Of a stretch of 64,000 nt of DNA, positions 10,681-22,770 are shown one piece after another (within the stretch, counting starts at the first letter, position 1; the number at the start of each line of letters is the position of its first letter). The stretch is from Podarcis bocagei (Eukaryota): NCBI GenBank assembly GCA_964188305.1, contig OZ076889.1. One strand, given 5' to 3'. The position numbers were made by a program, and so were the translations under genes. Under the pieces are notes generated by a model, which made no database searches, was not told where the DNA came from, and saw nothing but the letters and a program-made list of their open reading frames with translations.

Positions 10681-12595
10681 TCTAAGAGTGGCCTTCTTAC
10701 AGGTGGCCTTTTCCTCATTGCTGGGCTGAGTGGTGAGTATATGTTCAATAGCAAAGCACTGGCTTTATCAGTGTAGATCAGAAGTGAGCACCCTGTTATT
10801 CTAGGGCTTTATGTAAGTGCTGGGGGAACGGGGGTAGGAGGAAGGGGGGCAAGAAAGATGGAGAGTGAGGGAGAGAAGCAGAAAGAGAAAAAGGGAAAAG
10901 GATGGCCGTGCCTACCTCTGGCTCCACAGACTTTTAACTAAGATCCTTTTGACTCCAGCCTCAGCCAACTCTGAGATGCAGTCAACTGATTACCACCAAG
11001 GGACTATGAATCTCAGTGGAAAGAGTTGCCCACCCCTAGCACAGATGTTTACTAGTTGCAACACAGAAAGGTAGCAAGGCTGAGAGAAGGTTCTTTGTCC
11101 ATCAATAAAATAGCCCCATGCTTAGTTCACTGCCCCCTCCCCAGCCACGTATTTGGCCACTTCCCATGTCTCTTTGGCCGTGTAGTGTGGCTTTGCACCC
11201 GGGTGTGCATTATGGCTCTTGCTCTAGCAAAATCTTTGGTCTCCAGTGCATCTAGGTGGTTGTTCAGTTTGTGCACAGCAATTAATCTGTTCAGATCACC
11301 ACAGGGAATTATCCCATGATGGTCCGCAGCAGGACAACACTGGATAAATGCTAAAATAAATTATCAGACACGCTAACCAGGATGAATCTGACAGAAGCTG
11401 CCAAATCTCCCACAATATGTCCCTTCAGCATAGTGTCATGAAGTATTCTCGTAATTCCCACACAACAGGATGTGCTATTAGAGAGAATGTGGCAGACTGA
11501 TACAGCAACCTCAAGATTCCAGGCAAAAGCAATGCTTTCTTGATGGACAAGTGCTAAAAGATTCAGTTTTGCTGTCTATCAAGGCTCTGGCTTTCAGCTG
11601 GCCCTGCATCCCTCGAGACTTCCTGTCTTTAATTCAATTTGTTCCTCTCTTGGAAGCCTCAAAGTTGTCTTCCTTTTCCTTCCTTTTGGTTTCCTGTCCT
11701 GGCCTTGCGGCCAAATGTATGTCTGTTTTTAAGAATAATTCAGCAGCCAACACTAGAGCCAGAAAAGCATGCTTTGTCCCTTTCTTGTCTTCTCCCTCTA
11801 GACTCCAAAGGCCAGGACATCCACGGAGGCGCATGGGAGCCTACCTCTTCCTGATATTTCAAGGTTCCCTCGGGGGATAAATTTTAGGGCTAACTACTGC
11901 AAAGCCTCGTTACCATAAAAACCATCCTCCTTGTTGCAAAACCCCAATAAACATCAAGTCAGAGTTGCCCTGATACACAGTCTTTCCCCTTTTCTTTCCC
12001 CTAGGTGGTAGTGGTTTGCAGGGTGAGGCAGTAGTGCTCACCTGACCTCCTGCTCACCAGCATCTCTGTAGCTCACTGGGATGAAGTGGGGTGGGGTGGG
12101 GGGTGGCAAGGTGCAAACACACAAGGAGTGTTTGGTATGTAATTGCACTGCGCCAACCTTCCCCCTTTCCCACTTGGTAAGTCACAGCAGTGCCACCAGC
12201 CACTACCACTCCTGCTACCCCATAACATGGTGTGAGTGGTGAATATGCAAGAGGTCTCTCAAACTTAATCATTTCTGCAAAATCCATGAATGCACAGGAG
12301 CAGTCTCTGGATATGGACCTTAATACCTCCTGGCTTTGTGTTGGCGTTTAAGCAGCCGTCAGCAGGGGACTATGAAGCAAAATTTTGCGGCAGCGATGGA
12401 GAACCTGTAGCCCCCTGGATGTTTCTGTACTACAACTCCCCTCACCATGGGCTGTGCTGGCTGGGACTGATGGGAGTTGGAGTGCCACAGGACCAACGCC
12501 CCTGCTTTACAAGATCCAGATAAGCAGGAAGCGAGGCAACGAGCTCCATCTACGTCAGTAAGCAATCACGTTAGCCCTAAAATTGTAAACATAGT

Positions 12596-12601
12596 TTTAT
12601 T
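12596..12601 (-). terminator. Probable distal EYA2 polyadenylation signal (AATAAA)
   Basis: Minus-strand AATAAAactatgtttacaattt about 750 nt after the stop; a second AATAAA lies at 13023-13028. Confidence 0.5.
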
Positions 12602-13345
12602 GCCATTCACTCATCACAAGGTAACTCTTTCTCCTGACCATGCGAAAACAAGATGGCAGCCTACAGAGACATGGGTGCAGCCCACATGCCACAGTTTCCA
12701 AAAACTAGCTATAGTTTTTACACCAAGAGTCCCACATGTTCTCATTTCAAATGGACATGATAATGATTGTTCCCCACAGTTAACCTTGGAGAAGAGAGCT
12801 ATTAAATTAGAATGGGCCAAGTCCATCCAACTCAGCAGATACAAACACAGGTACTGAGCTTAATATCAGAGTAATAGGATTAGTTCATAAATTAAAAAAA
12901 TACCAAAAAAATCATCTGTTTCAATCTTTCCCCTCCCCACCTCAGAAACTCCTCTGAATTGATAAAACTGTCCAGCAAATATGCCTAGAAACTCCATGTC
13001 ACGTCTTCCCACCCTATTCCCATTTATTAAAAGCAAGAAAGGAGAAGGGGGGGAAAAACCCTAATGAATTAAACCAGGACTGATCTTCCTGCATGCCTGG
13101 AAGTAATTTACATGGCAAATGTCCCACTTCAGTTTTAAGCATCCAGTTATTAAGGTCATTTAAAGGTTTCTTCTCCATCCAAAAAAAGAAAGAAAAGAGG
13201 AACTTGGTTACGCTGTGCTCCTGGTGCAGATTCTCTTTAAAAGACTTTCATACAAAAGAGCTCCACCCCAAGAGAAAATGCCAGGAAAATAGATCTGTGT
13301 CTTCGGGAGTGATGGCGAAGCCCACCGTGGAGACTTCTGGGTCTG

Positions 13346-13426
13346 CTACAAGTATTCCAGCTCCAGTGCGTGTCGCAGAGCCTCAAGGTCGGCGTGGCAG
13401 GAGATCCTCCAGAAAGGCATGTTGTG
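13346..13426 (-). CDS. EYA2: EYA2 last coding exon HNMPFWRISCHADLEALRHALELEYL*
   Basis: Acceptor ctcctcctag|CAC; TAG at 13346-13348; 81 nt, phase 0. Confidence 0.96.
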   Translation of the reverse strand, partial: HNMPFWRISCHADLEALRHALELEYL

Positions 13427-13751
13427 CTAGGAGGAGATGTTTTAAAACAGGAAAAGGGTCATAAGACGTTCCCTGAATCATCACCCAAACAGTGGTAATT
13501 GAGTAATGTGACCAGTTTCATTTATATAGAATCTAAAAAAGACATGGATAATCATTGTATGCGGGTGGGGCAGTGATCAAAAGAGAGACAACCATTACTC
13601 ATCAGCCTCAGCCAGCAGGGCTGATACCTAAGGATGATGGGAGTTGTAGTCCACAACATCGAAGGGGCCACATTTTCCTCATCCCTGATATACAACTGGC
13701 TTGCTCTATAGTTTACATCTCATTTATAACATTTATATTCCACCTTTCATC

Positions 13752-13890
13752 NNNNNNNNNNNNNNNNNNNNNNNNNNNNNNNNNNNNNNNNNNNNNNNNN
13801 NNNNNNNNNNNNNNNNNNNNNNNNNNNNNNNNNNNNNNNNNNNNNNNNNNNNNNNNNNNNNNNNNNNNNNNNNNNNNNNNNNNNNNNNNN
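13752..13890. other. Assembly gap (139 N)
   Basis: Run of n bases. Confidence 1.
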
Positions 13891-14003
13891 GGATTTTTGT
13901 TGGGATGGGGGAAGGAATTTGTTAGGAGGGGCAGGAATTTGGGGGGAGGCAGAAACAATGTGACTGGTCAGTTACATTTTTCTATTGTTTTACTATGCCC
14001 ATG

Positions 14004-14270
14004 ATTTATACCCCACCCATTTGGCTGGGTTTCCCCAGCCACTCTGGGAGGCTTCCAACACATATAAACACATAAGAATACATCAAACATTAAAAACATT
14101 CCAATACAGGGCTGCCTTCAGATGTCTTCTAAAAGTTGTGTAGTTCTTTATCTCCTTGACATCTCATGGGAGGGTGTTCCACAGGGAGGGCGCCACTGCC
14201 AAGAAGGCCCTGTGCCTGGTTCCCTGTAACTTCACTTCTTTCAGGGAGGGAATTGCCAGCAGGCCCTTGG
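14004..14270 (-). mobile_element. L2 LINE 3' fragment
   Basis: tttataccccacccat...gggagggtgttccacagggagggcgccactgccaagaaggccct; typical squamate L2 3' end in reverse; similar copy near 49410. Confidence 0.6.
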
Positions 14271-14274
14271 TTCT

Positions 14275-14400
14275 CCCCTCTCTCCATTTTACTCTCACAA
14301 CAACCCTGTGAGGTAGGTTAGGCTGAGAGACTGTGATTAGTCAAGGTCACCCAGTGAGGTTTATGGCTGAGTGGAGATTTATGCCCTGGTCTCTCAGGGC
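14275..14400 (-). mobile_element. MIR-like CORE SINE fragment
   Basis: ctcacaacaaccctgtgaggtagg...aaggtcacccagtgag. Confidence 0.55.
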
Positions 14401-15170
14401 CTAACAGATGGCTTTTGTTCATATCTGTCTGCAGTGCATTTGACATCTTTTCACCCCACCTTAAAAAAACGGTGCAGGAGCCAAGGTGGAGTCCTTTGAT
14501 GTAGAATAATGCATTGAATGTGCATACCAACTTTTGTTTTGGTATTTCAGACTTCAAGGCAAAAATCTCATTGTGGTATTATTGTGGGTCTTATTTTTAA
14601 ATCTGAGTGGACTATATGAAATATATATGTAAAAGGTGTGAGTGCTATTCATATCTCCATTATGCAGAGATTTACTCTCTCCCACTGTTAAAATGCAACT
14701 CAGTCTGCTGCTGAGTAATTATTATCAACCACCCATTTCAAGTAATCTGCTATTTCCCCCATTTCACCAACAGATGAATAATCACTGCCTTAGAAATATC
14801 TAGGAATTATCTGAAGAGTACAGTGGCTGGGCTGAGATTGGAAACCAGGCCTGCCAGATCTAAATCCAACCTCATACACATGATTATAACTGATTTATCA
14901 CCATTTTCTTCCCATACTCAAGACACCCAGTAAAGGTGTCACAACTGAGAAATCGGGTGGTTTCATGAACCATCCGAAATTTGGATTTGGGACTGGGGAG
15001 AGGTGTGCTGAAATACTTGCTCAGCTTTCTGGATGGACAAATTATTCTCCCCTAGTCTAGCCTACCTTATAGGGATGCTGGGAGGATAAAAAGGAATGAT
15101 GATGCCACATATGGTGATCAAACTGGGAGGACTGGTGGAATACGTGTGTGATGAAAGTAATGTAAAAACA

Positions 15171-16027
15171 TAGTATTGGCACAAAAATGGAAACAAGAAG
15201 AATTACCGATGAAAGAAGAGTGGCAAATGAAATTAATGGACTACCGTATTTTTCGCTCTATAGGACGCACCCGATCATAGGACGCACCTTGTTTTAGAGG
15301 GGGTGAACAAGAGAAAAAAATCTCCCCCTCTCTGTGCAGCACCCCTTCAGCGAAGCGGCAGGAGAAACGGAGCCCCTTCCATTTTTCCTCCTGCTTTGCT
15401 GAAGGGGCGCTGCGCAGCTCTCCCTCTCTGTGCAGTGCCAGGAGAGCAAGAGGGGTCGGTGTGCACTGACCCCTCTCGCTCTCCAGGCTTCAGCGAAAGG
15501 AACCTGAAGCCTCCGGAGCACAGTGGGAGCGCTCCCACTGCGCTTCGGAGGCTTTACGTTGCTATCGCTGAAGCCATGGAGCCTGCATTCGCTCCATAAG
15601 ATGCACACAAATTTCCCCTTAGTTTTTGGAGGGGAAAAAGTGCGTCTTATAGACTGAAAAATATGGTATGCAGAACTAGACAAATTGACAGGAAGGATTC
15701 GAAACCTGCGGGACCAGAGATTCTTAGAGGACTGGAGTAAATATTTGAATTATCTGAAAAGCAATTGTAATAAACAGATTACGCTAGTAGGATTGCAAGA
15801 AGTTTTATGAGGAGGATTCTGCCAAATATTGCAAGGAAGATTATGAAGAGAATATCAGTTAAGGATAATTAAAAGTAATAGAGAAATTAAGAAATGCAGA
15901 TTAAGTGATAAAGAATGGAAAATCTTCAGAGGTAAGTCTAAAATATTGTATAACATAAGAAGTTATGTTAAATGACTGTTGGAAATGATATGTTAAAAAA
16001 TTAATAAAAATGTATTTTTTAAAAAAA
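15171..16027 (+). mobile_element. L1 LINE 5'-truncated copy (ORF2 C-terminus, 3' UTR, A-tail), interrupted by a MITE
   Basis: Removing the MITE gives VLAQKWKQEELPMKEEWQMKLMDYAELDKLTGRIRNLRDQRFLEDWSKYLNYLK. AATAAA plus A-rich tail. 18-bp direct repeat gaaagtaatgtaaaaaca at 15153-15170 and 16028-16045. Confidence 0.85.
15244..15666. mobile_element. Tc1/mariner (pogo/Tigger-like) MITE nested in L1
   Basis: TIRs CCGTATTTTTCGCTCTATAGGACGCAC / GTGCGTCTTATAGACTGAAAAATATGG; TA TSD; CpG-rich. Confidence 0.88.
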
Positions 16028-16809
16028 GAAAGTAATGTAAAAACAAATCCGAAGTCAGCCGCCTGCCCTTGAAGAAGAAAATGCCACTACTTCCACCTCA
16101 TTTGTTCCTCCTCTGCTTTCCCCACATGGCTCTGCTTCCATTTAAATGATCTGTTTTTCTTTCTCTGAAGAGATGAGATGTTGGCAGCGCAGCCACGCCT
16201 GCTGCTCAGCTCCCATCCATTCATCACTCGCCCCGACAGGTGAAGAGAAATGACCCACTCAGGCCGAGAGATATCATCAGGACTGCCCTCCCCATGGGTT
16301 TATAGAGCTCAGGTGTGTAGTCACCCTTGCTAATGATCATCATCAATCAGAGGCCCTGACAGCTCCGGGCAAAGAATGTGCGCCCATTAAGGGGGAAGAG
16401 GCTTAAAGCAGGAGACACCAGCAAAGGGGGCCCCCTCTTCTTGCGGCACAGTTTGTAAAAGGTATTGCTTAACCCCACTGCCAGGGAGCCGGTGGCCTTT
16501 GATGCACCTCCGTGCACTGACCCTGTTACCTTTGAAGTTCGCGGGAGCCCTGTCTGAAGCTTCGCGCTATTATTATGACTTCTTCACTTTCTTCCTAATG
16601 CATTTCTGGCGTTAACTTTTAACTCCTGGAGAACCGACCCATTTGCTGGGCAGCTGCTCAGCTTACAGAAATCTAAATCAGCCCGACAGTGCATGCACAC
16701 AGGGGAAAAGAGAGGTGTACAGCCTAATGAGGCAAAGAGTAGCTTTCTGCAGTGTGTGGGTGTATGGGTTTTCATTTGGAAAACAGCGCTGGGGGAAAGA
16801 GATGGGGGG

Positions 16810-16960
16810 CCTTAGGTCCATGGTAAGAACATATACCTTCCACACAGCAGAAGGTGCTAAGTTCAATTCTCGGCATCTCCAAGTTGGGCTGTGAAAGACC
16901 CTGTCTGAAATCTAAGAGACCCCCTGCCACAGATCAATGGACGCACTAGCAAAGCAACTT
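16810..16960 (+). mobile_element. tRNA-Ala-like SINE (Squam3-like), degraded
   Basis: tggtaagaacat...cagaaggtgctaagttcaattctcggcatctccaag...gaaagaccctgtctgaaa. Confidence 0.5.
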
Positions 16961-17257
16961 TGTGTGCTCCACCCCACACACAGCAGAAATGAGGAACAGC
17001 AGATCTCGACGCACTCACTGACTCACTCTTACTCCTTATTTATGTACCTAACCAACAGTTGTTAATCAAGAGCAGTTTCTGTAGCAAGTGGGAAACTGTT
17101 GGAAATTCCTCAACGGCTGAGGGGGATGGAGAGAGGATTTACAGTAGGAAATTGCTCACAGTGCTTTATGAACTTTCAGGCCAGGAAAAAAATAATGAGC
17201 TAATTTCTATTCACGATTCAGGTAAAAGGTGAGAATGCTTTCTGAGCTATTCTTTTA

Positions 17258-17470
<213 letters not shown>

Positions 17471-17913
17471 TTAGGGGCGCATTCATCTAGCCCAGGGGTG
17501 GGGAACTTCAGGCTCCCCTGACCTGTCTCTCTGGTCCTTGAAACTCTCCCTGGGCCACACTCAAGGGCTTTTGCTTGGCGGGCACACTTTATGCTGGTCT
17601 GGATGGAGGAGAGAGAGGATTATGTGCAGAAACTAGCCCTGCCTGGGCAGCCCCTGCCTTTGAGAACCTCCAGGGGTAAAGTCAAGCCACTGTGTTAGCA
17701 GCACCAAAGCACAAGCCTGGACAGTGTGTATGGAGGTCATGGACTGCCCAGACAACCAGACCCCCCACTCTCAGCACCATACTGAATTCCACTCATGGGG
17801 TTTATATCCAACACTATTCATACTCACAGCAGACCCACTGATATTAGTGGACATGAGCAACCTAGGCCCATTAAATCAACAGGTCAACCCTGGATGCAAC
17901 CAATTGTTCTTAC

Positions 17914-18035
17914 CTGTCTTTGTTGCACTATAAATATTTTCAATTGGGAAGACAGTGCCTAGTCCATAAAGCAGGACTTTTGCAAGAGCTGGTATGAGCT
18001 GGGTTGTAGTCACCAAAACATTTACACAGTTGGGC
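17914..18035 (-). CDS. EYA2: EYA2 exon [40 protein letters not shown](G)
   Basis: tgcag|G ... G|gtaaga; 122 nt. Confidence 0.96.
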
Positions 18036-18578
18036 CTGCAAGACAGAAAGCAGTGACAGAATTAAAGTCAATGGGGACCCCTCCCTTTCCACCCTCCCCC
18101 CAAGAGATCTTTGCTTTTCTGCTCTATTAGGCTAAACTGGAAGCAGGATATAAGGTTTGCCAGCAACGAGTCCCTTGAAATCAGTGATTAACACAGTCAG
18201 CAGTGGCTAGACTCTTAAAACGTTTTTCTCCCTCCATAATTTATTATAACTCAAAACTAGCCTGAAAGAGGAGTACGTCACAAGTAATCACACACTGGGG
18301 ATATAAATGGTGTAAAACTCCAATAGCATTTACACTGCACCCCCCTTGGGCAGCTGACTCCCTTTATTGCTTTCCTGCTTTCTGCACAAAACTATTATAT
18401 CTGGGAGCCAGGATTGTTCTGGTTTTAGATCTAGTTCCCCATCACATGTCCAGATGTGGCCCCCCACAAATTTGGCCAAAGGTGTCCTATAAATAAACGT
18501 GCCTCGGTTTGTTTGGAGAACACAAGAGGAAAGTAAAACTTCTTGCAGCCTGGAGACGACTCCTTAAGCCGTTCTTAC

Positions 18579-18693
18579 CGGGAATGTATCAAATCCAGAG
18601 CTTTCAAAGCATGTGTTAGCCAGAGATCAGTCAGCGCTTCCAGTTCTGCTCTTAACTGCAGCCAGGTTTCCCTCTTAGGAGCTCCTATTAAAC
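18579..18693 (-). CDS. EYA2: EYA2 exon (G)[37 protein letters not shown](R)
   Basis: ccacag|GT ... CG|gtaaga; 115 nt. Confidence 0.96.
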
Positions 18694-20524
18694 CTGTGGA
18701 TAGAGAAAGCTGCGTTTGTAGCTGGTTCCAATGGGAAGGCGCGGAATAGCTTGCACATGGCTTCTGCAAAGCCATGGAATCATTGAGTTGGAATGAGCCA
18801 GAAATCCAACTAGTACAACCTGATGCCCAAAAGGCAGGGCCATCCATCCACCAGCCGCCTATACGTGCCCCCCACCTGCGCAGTTGATAATCACCATGTG
18901 CCAAAGAGCTGGGAGCGAAACTGTATTGCAGGGAGGTGCTTGTAACAAAATGAAGCAGCACATCGCTGGTTGGTTTTCCCTCCTAAGCCACTTGTGGTAG
19001 AGCTTTCCTCCCCACATCCCATCCCGCCCCCAGCAGGCCCCAAGTCTCAGTGCTGCAGTCTCACACGGTTTCTCCTTTGAGTGGCTGCAGCAGCCTTTGC
19101 CAACCGGGTGCCCCCCCAGTTGTTCTTTCAGTTAGCTGTGCTGGCTAGGGCTGATGGGGAGTTGGAGTGCAGCCGTTTGGCCAAGGATGCGCTACAGCTT
19201 CACCCAGTCCTGAACAGCCCTCCTGTTCTTCCAACTGCACAGAGCCAGCTTCAGTTTCTCTGGGGTGTCCTCAGGCAAGACTCCCTCAGTGGGCCACCTT
19301 AAATGGGAGCATCCGATTTAAGTGCTTTGGTTTTTTAAATTTAAATAGCACCTTGCTGGGGCTTCATCAAATGGCCTTTTCCCTTCCGACAGCTTCGGTG
19401 GGGCAGGGATTTCATGTGAAATTGCAGCATGGGAAATCTACCCACATAATACAGTCCTGATAATGACACACACCCCCCCCCCCGCTTGTACCTGCAATTT
19501 AAAGATTTAAAAACCAGACACGTTCATTGCATTCGTGCAATTAGTGTCATGCCTCATTTGACCTGTGATGCTCAAATTGTGTGCACGTTTCCCCTGAGTT
19601 CTCTTCTCCTACCCCTCTGTGCACATGCACACCTTCTTTACGGTTGTGGGATACTGCATTCTGAATCAGAGGGTCACAGCGAGGGGCTTCTCTCTTTCCC
19701 TATGAGCTGTTTTCCTTATCACACTCGCCCTGTCCAAGGTGCTTGACACTTGCAGGGCGAAAGATGCAGGTGCTGGTATGTTTTCTCCTGCAGGAGGTCA
19801 AGCAACATTGGAAGGCCAATTTCGGTAAGAAAAGTAATCCTTGGGGAAAGAGGTAGGAGCCTTTGGCTCACTCACTTCCCTATATACCTCGGGCAGAACA
19901 TTCCTACAACTGAGCACCATGTGTAGTTAGAGGCTTATGCTGCCTCGGAGCAGTCTTGGAAAAAGTTGTGTTGATGAAGTCAAAACTGGCCCAGAGTGGG
20001 TTTGGATTTTTATTGTTATTTTTTTACATTTATCAGCTGTTAAATGTTTTATGCGTGCCTTTAAAAACATATTCAGCAGAACATGCACCATGAACTTAAA
20101 CAATAACCATTAAAGGTGCAGGCCATTTCCTGCAGATTAGTGACTGTCTGAAAGGAGCCAATGGTCTGAGCTGAAGCAGACAGCTAGATAAGCCCAACCA
20201 GTTATTATTTCTTCAGTCCCCCTGAAAAGCTGTGTGCCAAGGTCATTATTCTGGATAATAATGGCAGACAATGCACGTTTAAAATACCTGGAGGAGCAAT
20301 TGCCGTTTCTCCCTCCCTCCTTTCCAACCCCTTCCTGCCTTTTTGGTGTTAGTTCTAGCTATGTGACGGATGTGAAGATGCAATGCTGAGCAGGTTCTAC
20401 CATGAACGATGCTGGGGCTGCATTGTGGGGCTCCACAATGTTTTGTAATGGAATTGTGAAGGTGAATGGCAGGCTTTCTGGTGAAGCTCCCCCACTCCCC
20501 TGCCCAACTGGACCGTGGCTACAG

Positions 20525-20648
20525 ATCATAGAGTTGGAAGGGACCCTGAAGAACATCTAGCCCAAATAACTAAAATGCATGAATATGCAGCTATCGAACC
20601 TGCAACCTTGGTGCTATCAGCACCACGCTCTAATGGACTGAGCTAACC
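20525..20648 (-). mobile_element. tRNA-Ile-derived SINE with CR1-like tail
   Basis: Reverse complement GGTTAGCTCAGTCCATTAGAGCGTGGTGCTGATAGCACCAAGGTTGCAGGTTCGAT resembles tRNA-Ile, then ...ccttccaactctatgatc. Confidence 0.65.
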
Positions 20649-21035
20649 TGAAGTCGTTAGAAAGTTTTTTGAGCCCCAGCACCCCAGGAGAGTTTCTATT
20701 AACCACGTTTAGTATTACATTAGCCTGATTCACAAGGTGATTTCCCTAACTTCAAGTGTTAGCCTGGGTCTATGACAGTGGGCTGCTGCTGCTGCTGAGG
20801 CAGATAACTGCTTTTCTGTATGAATTGAAAAACACCAGTGACTAAAAGCAGTATATAATGAAAACATTCCCCACTAGCAGATTCCCCTCTGGAGCTGCTC
20901 TGTGAAGATCCCAAGCAAGTTGGTGCTGATGGAGGAAGGGAATACATCTGTGTGTGCATGTCTGTGTATGAGTGTGAAACCCAAGACCAGTTCTCTAAGA
21001 TCTTAAGTAGAAGTCTTTCCTAGCGCTCACACTCA

Positions 21036-21188
21036 CAGAATCACAGATCATAGAATTGTAGCATTGGAAGAGACCACCAGGATCATCTAGTACAACCCTC
21101 TGCAATGCAGAAATCTTTTGCCCAAGGTGGGGCTTCAACCCATGACCCTGAGATGAAGAGTCTCAAGCTCTATCAACTGAGCTATCTC
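21036..21188 (-). mobile_element. tRNA-Lys-derived SINE with CR1-like tail
   Basis: Reverse complement GATAGCTCAGTTGATAGAGCTTGAGACTCTTCATCTCAGGGTCATGGGTTGAAGCCCCACCTTGGGC resembles tRNA-Lys, then tail ...tacaattctatgatctgtgattctgtg. Confidence 0.7.
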
Positions 21189-21699
21189 AAGAATACAGGC
21201 CCTTTAAACTGCTCACCGGCCACCTTAAACCAGGCAATGTAGACCTAGCAATAGTATCTCTCCACCTTCAACATATAATAAAAGCAGGACTGGGAGTGGG
21301 GTCCAGAGCAATAACGACCCCAGTATTTTGCTCCCATGACAAGGCTACCCTTATAAGATCAGCCCATCGTGTGACCCAGCTGCCCCCAACCTGCTGCCCT
21401 TCAAATGCTGTTGGACTACAAACCCCATCAGCCTCAGCCAGCATGTCCAATGGTGGGATCCATTGTACAAAACATCTGGAAGGTACCAGGTCAGAGGAAG
21501 GTCGCTGTGATCTCTCACCAAATTTGTTAGGAGAACTGGAAAATAAACAACATCCCCCCCCACTTTTTTTTGGTACTTCCACGTCTCTAAATTGCAAAAT
21601 ATGCAAGCCGTTCTCTGCATCTGCTCTGAAGAACAGGAAGGCAAGAGTCTTAACAAGGATGCAAAGGAGCCTTCCCTGATGGGTTGGGGAGACACTTAC

Positions 21700-21860
21700 C
21701 GCCGACATTGTTTTTGTAGGTGTTGTAAAGTTCTTTCACCCGCCGGTAGCGGAATGCTAATTTCCTCATCCAATCAACTCCCCCGTGAACTCCCGAGCCC
21801 AGACAAAGATTTGCTCCAGCGGTTGAACTGTGAAAGCCATCTGCTGAGAAATTATATGTG
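21700..21860 (-). CDS. EYA2: EYA2 exon (S)[53 protein letters not shown](G)
   Basis: ccacag|C ... G|gtaagt; 161 nt. Confidence 0.96.
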
Positions 21861-22711
21861 CTGTGGCAAAGGAAGGAGGAGAGGGGAAAGGAGTGAAATT
21901 ATAACCTACGCTTCCCATTAGGACGGATAAACTAGACAAGAGGAAGACATGCTCCAGACTTCTGGCTAAACTAGAGTCAGTGGACGATGAAAAGAAAGTG
22001 TCCTTCCCCATTTGCCCTGTAATTTTGTCCTCTCTTCCTATGGTATAGAGATATCAGTTGATGTACATTCGCTCACTGAAAAGGGTCATCTATTGACTCA
22101 AACTCTCAGCTAGTTACCATATGCTTTTATCAACATGCTGATGAAACGAAACATAAGATAAAGGCAATGAACGGTCCACCTGGAAGCCGGCCTTTGCAAG
22201 TCCCCACAGGATTAAGGGTGTCTGAGCAAGCAGTTTGTGAAAGCAGGGAATAACTGCACTGCAGTTCTGAGGCTACTGCATATATGGTCCTAAATCAGAT
22301 TTAAAGCAACTTGGCTTTTTGGTGGCCCCATCAATGGGTTGGCCCCAGTGACAAATATTCCCTATATTCCCTTTGCCCAATGGGAACTTGGGCTCCAATG
22401 GTGAAGGAATGGGGTCACAAGCATATGGTTTGATTGTTGGAGAATTAATTTGAAGATAAGAGATGCACCCCTTTGTCAAGTGTCAGGTGCATTTAACTCT
22501 TCTCTGAAACTTCTGGTACTAGATACGGTAACTGCTTGAAAATACAATAATGAGATAACTGCACTCTCCCCATAGAGCAGAAAAACTGGCCAGATCAAAG
22601 AAAAAACGGCTAAATCAAGCAGCCTCCAGTATATGTCATTGGCTATTCTCCAAGTATCCATAAATAGCTGGGGGACTAGTTACACTGCATGCTGCAACAC
22701 AGTCGCCTTAC

Positions 22712-22770
22712 CTTAAATCTTGCCCATTGTCGTCTGATGACACATCATCTATGTGTATCTGGTCACAATC
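22712..22770 (-). CDS. EYA2: EYA2 exon [19 protein letters not shown](S)
   Basis: ttttcag|GAT ... AG|gtaagg; 59 nt. Confidence 0.96.

Noticed and set aside
13555-14004. ORFs containing X runs
   Set aside because: Artefacts of the assembly gap.
18694-18961. Open frame extending about 90 codons upstream of an EYA2 exon
   Set aside because: Intronic with no EYA similarity; a canonical acceptor at 18693 already gives the correct phase.
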